Source: Longimicrobiales bacterium | GTDB taxonomy: Bacteria; Gemmatimonadota; Gemmatimonadetes; Longimicrobiales; Gaopeijiaceae | DNA: 64,000 nt | Direction of reading: 5' to 3' | Assembly: GCA_032250675.1 (NCBI GenBank) | Contig: JAVVEY010000002.1 | Location: 3,650-67,649, forward strand | Shown: positions 62,060-64,000 of the stretch, piece after piece | Layout: every line of letters starts with the position of its first letter | Numbering within the stretch: position 1 is the stretch's first letter | Translations under genes and position numbers: made by a program | The notes under the pieces: model-generated | Seen by the model: only the letters and a program-made list of their open reading frames with translations | Database searches by the model: none | Told to the model about the DNA's origin: nothing

Positions 62060-62401
62060 ATGCCGACGTACGAGTACCGCTGCCCGAACGGCCACGCCTT
62101 CGAGCTCTTCCAGAAGATGTCCGATGAGCCCGGCGCTCCCTGCCCGGAGTGCGGCGCCGACGCCGAGCGTCAGCTCTCGGCCGGGGCCGGATTCCTCTTC
62201 AAGGGGGAGGGCTTCTACATCACCGATTACCGCAGCGAGAGCTACCGAAAGGCGGCCGAACGCGAGAGCGCGACGAGCGGAGGATCGTCGGAGGGGCGCC
62301 CCGCGAAGGATGGGGCGGGCGCGAAGGATGCGACCCCGAAGGCGCCCGACGCCTCTCCCTCGACGTCGACCCCGGCCGGCTCCGCCGGCTCGGACGCGTG
62401 A
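62060..62401 (+). CDS. FmdB-family zinc-ribbon protein with a low-complexity C-terminal tail
   Basis: MPTYEYRCPNGHAFE...CPECG... and GEGFYITDY are hallmarks of the CxxC_CxxC_SSSS/FmdB family. Confidence 0.85.
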   Translation: MPTYEYRCPNGHAFELFQKMSDEPGAPCPECGADAERQLSAGAGFLFKGEGFYITDYRSESYRKAAERESATSGGSSEGRPAKDGAGAKDATPKAPDASPSTSTPAGSAGSDA

Positions 62402-64000
62402 GCGAGGAGACGCTTCGCGGGGCGTTGCGGATCGCTCTCGAGGAGCTCGGAGTCCCGGATGTGGAGCCCCACCTCGAACGACCGCGAGATCCCGCGCACG
62501 GTGACTTCGCCACGAATCTCGCGATGACGCTCGCCGGGCGTCTCGGACGGGCGCCCCGCCAGATCGCCGAAGAGCTCGCGCAGCGCCTCGATCGTGACGC
62601 CGCGGGCGTGACCGCGGTCGAGATCGCGGGCCCCGGATTCCTCAACTTCCGCCTCTCGACCGACTCGGTCTCCGGGGTGCTGCGAGAGATCTGTCATGCC
62701 GAATCGGGGTGGGGTCGCTCCGATACCGGAGCCGAGGCGCCCGTCGTGGTCGAATGGGTGTCGGCGAACCCCACCGGACCCCTCCACCTCGGTCATGGAC
62801 GCCAGGCCGCGCTCGGGGACGCGATCGCCACCCTCCTCGAGTGGACGGGATGGCGGGTGCATCGCGAGTACTACTACAACGACTCGGGCAAGCAGATGGA
62901 CCGCCTCGCGCAGAGCGTCTGGGCGCGCTACCAGCAGCTTCTGGGTGAAGAGGCCGAGCTCCCTGAAGAGGGGTACCAGGGGGCGTATGTGAGCGACCTC
63001 GCGCAGATCGCCCGCGAGACGCACGGAGAGCGCTTCCGCGGCGACGCCTCGGACGAGGCGCTCGACGCGATGCGCGAGATCGGGGTCCGAACGCTTCGCG
63101 CCGAGCAGGATCGCGATCTCATCGACTTCGGGGTCTCCTTCGACGAGTACTTCCTCGAATCCTCGCTCTACGAGACGGGCGAGGTCGAACGGACCGTCGA
63201 GCGTCTGCGCGCCACCGGCCTCGTCTACGAGCACGAGGGCGCGACCTGGCTGAAGACGACCGAGTTCGGCGACGACAAGGATCGCGTCATGCTCCGGGCC
63301 GATGGCACCGCGACCTACTTCCTCCCCGATGTCGCCTACCACATGACGAAGTGGGAGCGCGGCTACCACACGGCGATCAATGTCCAGGGCTCCGATCACC
63401 ACGGGACGGTCGCGCGCGTGCGCGCCGGCTTGCGGGCGCTCGGGCTCCCCGAGGGGTACCCCGAGTACGTCCTGCATCAGATGGTGCGCGTCGAGCGCGA
63501 GGGTGTCGAGGTGAAGTTCAGCAAGCGCGCGGGTTCGTACACCACGCTGCGTGAGCTCGTCGAGGAGGTGGGGGTCGATGTCACCCGCTACTTCTTCCAG
63601 ATGCGCAAGCCGGAGGGGCACCTCGTCTTCGACCTCGACATGGCGCTCGACCACTCCGACAAGAACCCCGTCTACAAGGTCAAGTACGCCCACGCCCGCA
63701 TGCACTCGATCTTCGCCCGCGCGGGCGTCCCGATGGCGTCGGTGACGGGAGACGGGGTCGATCTCTCGGTGCTCGAGCACGACCTCGAACGCGAGCTCGT
63801 CAAGCAACTCGCCGACTTCCCCGCGTGGGTCGAGCGGGCCGCGACGGCGCGCGCGCCGCACCTCCTCTGCGACCACCTCGAACAGACCGCCGGGGCGGTG
63901 AACACCTGGTACCATGCGGGGAATCCGTCGCAGAACCCCGAGCTCGCCGTCCTGACGGACGCCCCCGACCTGCGCGCCGCACGCCTCGTGCTCGCGCGCG
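62398..64000 (+). CDS. argS: arginyl-tRNA synthetase, 3'-truncated by the window edge
   Basis: Not in the ORF track because no stop is reached. GTG at 62398 in a GTGA overlap with the fmdB-like stop. Translation gives ERPRDPAHGDFATNLAM, EWVSANPTGPLHLGHGR (HIGH) and NVQGSDHHGT, and the frame stays open to nt 63999. Confidence 0.9.
   Translation, partial: MSEETLRGALRIALEELGVPDVEPHLERPRDPAHGDFATNLAMTLAGRLGRAPRQIAEELAQRLDRDAAGVTAVEIAGPGFLNFRLSTDSVSGVLREICHAESGWGRSDTGAEAPVVVEWVSANPTGPLHLGHGRQAALGDAIATLLEWTGWRVHREYYYNDSGKQMDRLAQSVWARYQQLLGEEAELPEEGYQGAYVSDLAQIARETHGERFRGDASDEALDAMREIGVRTLRAEQDRDLIDFGVSFDEYFLESSLYETGEVERTVERLRATGLVYEHEGATWLKTTEFGDDKDRVMLRADGTATYFLPDVAYHMTKWERGYHTAINVQGSDHHGTVARVRAGLRALGLPEGYPEYVLHQMVRVEREGVEVKFSKRAGSYTTLRELVEEVGVDVTRYFFQMRKPEGHLVFDLDMALDHSDKNPVYKVKYAHARMHSIFARAGVPMASVTGDGVDLSVLEHDLERELVKQLADFPAWVERAATARAPHLLCDHLEQTAGAVNTWYHAGNPSQNPELAVLTDAPDLRAARLVLAR

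Overview
High-GC bacterial chromosomal segment (by eye about two-thirds or more G+C). I call 59 protein-coding genes, 54 of them on the + strand. They are tightly packed, with many 1-, 4- and 8-nt start/stop overlaps.

The content is overwhelmingly core metabolism and housekeeping, in this order:
- the 3' part of a Bacillus/Bacteroides-type sdhAB cluster;
- a short accessory stretch: secreted beta-propeller, two convergent type II toxin-antitoxin modules, a lipoprotein amidohydrolase, a CarboxypepD_reg/plug protein, and dcd;
- a complete 14-gene nuoA-N complex I operon, followed within 4 nt by a phosphomannomutase and then a UPF0182 membrane protein;
- sucCD, an EIIA-like/CBS protein, and ndk;
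- the yceD-rpmF-plsX-fabH-fabD-fabG-acpP-fabF cluster;
- ispF, dedA, xerD, ctp (S41 protease, minus strand), nadE, trpG/pabA;
- rnz-tyrA-aroA-cmk-rpsA;
- a TPR plus periplasmic-binding-fold lipoprotein;
- a dispersed acyl-CoA carboxylase / methylmalonyl-CoA mutase cluster;
- an FmdB-like zinc ribbon and the 5' part of argS.

I recognised no rRNA, tRNA, CRISPR array, transposase or prophage genes. The protein repertoire (GPGEF-type 6-bladed propeller, CarboxypepD_reg-plug protein, sdh type) would fit Gemmatimonadota or a related lineage, but that is only a guess.

I do not see a clear-cut multi-gene novel system. The best leads are:
1. A Phd/YefM-like antitoxin paired with a zeta/COG4185-type P-loop kinase, preceded by phased 9-bp operator-like repeats.
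2. A split three-subunit acyl-CoA carboxylase plus a mutase lacking its B12 domain, interrupted by a Cys-rich double-PDZ protein and an rRNA methyltransferase.
3. An orphan double zinc-ribbon membrane protein whose stop codon is created by a perfect 13-bp tandem duplication.
4. A recurring TTGAnn-N17-TAGCwT promoter-like motif, including an apparently leaderless yceD.

Many long ORFs in the supplied track are antisense or out-of-frame shadow ORFs typical of high-GC DNA, and I rejected them. Start codons were chosen by eye and several are uncertain by a few codons.
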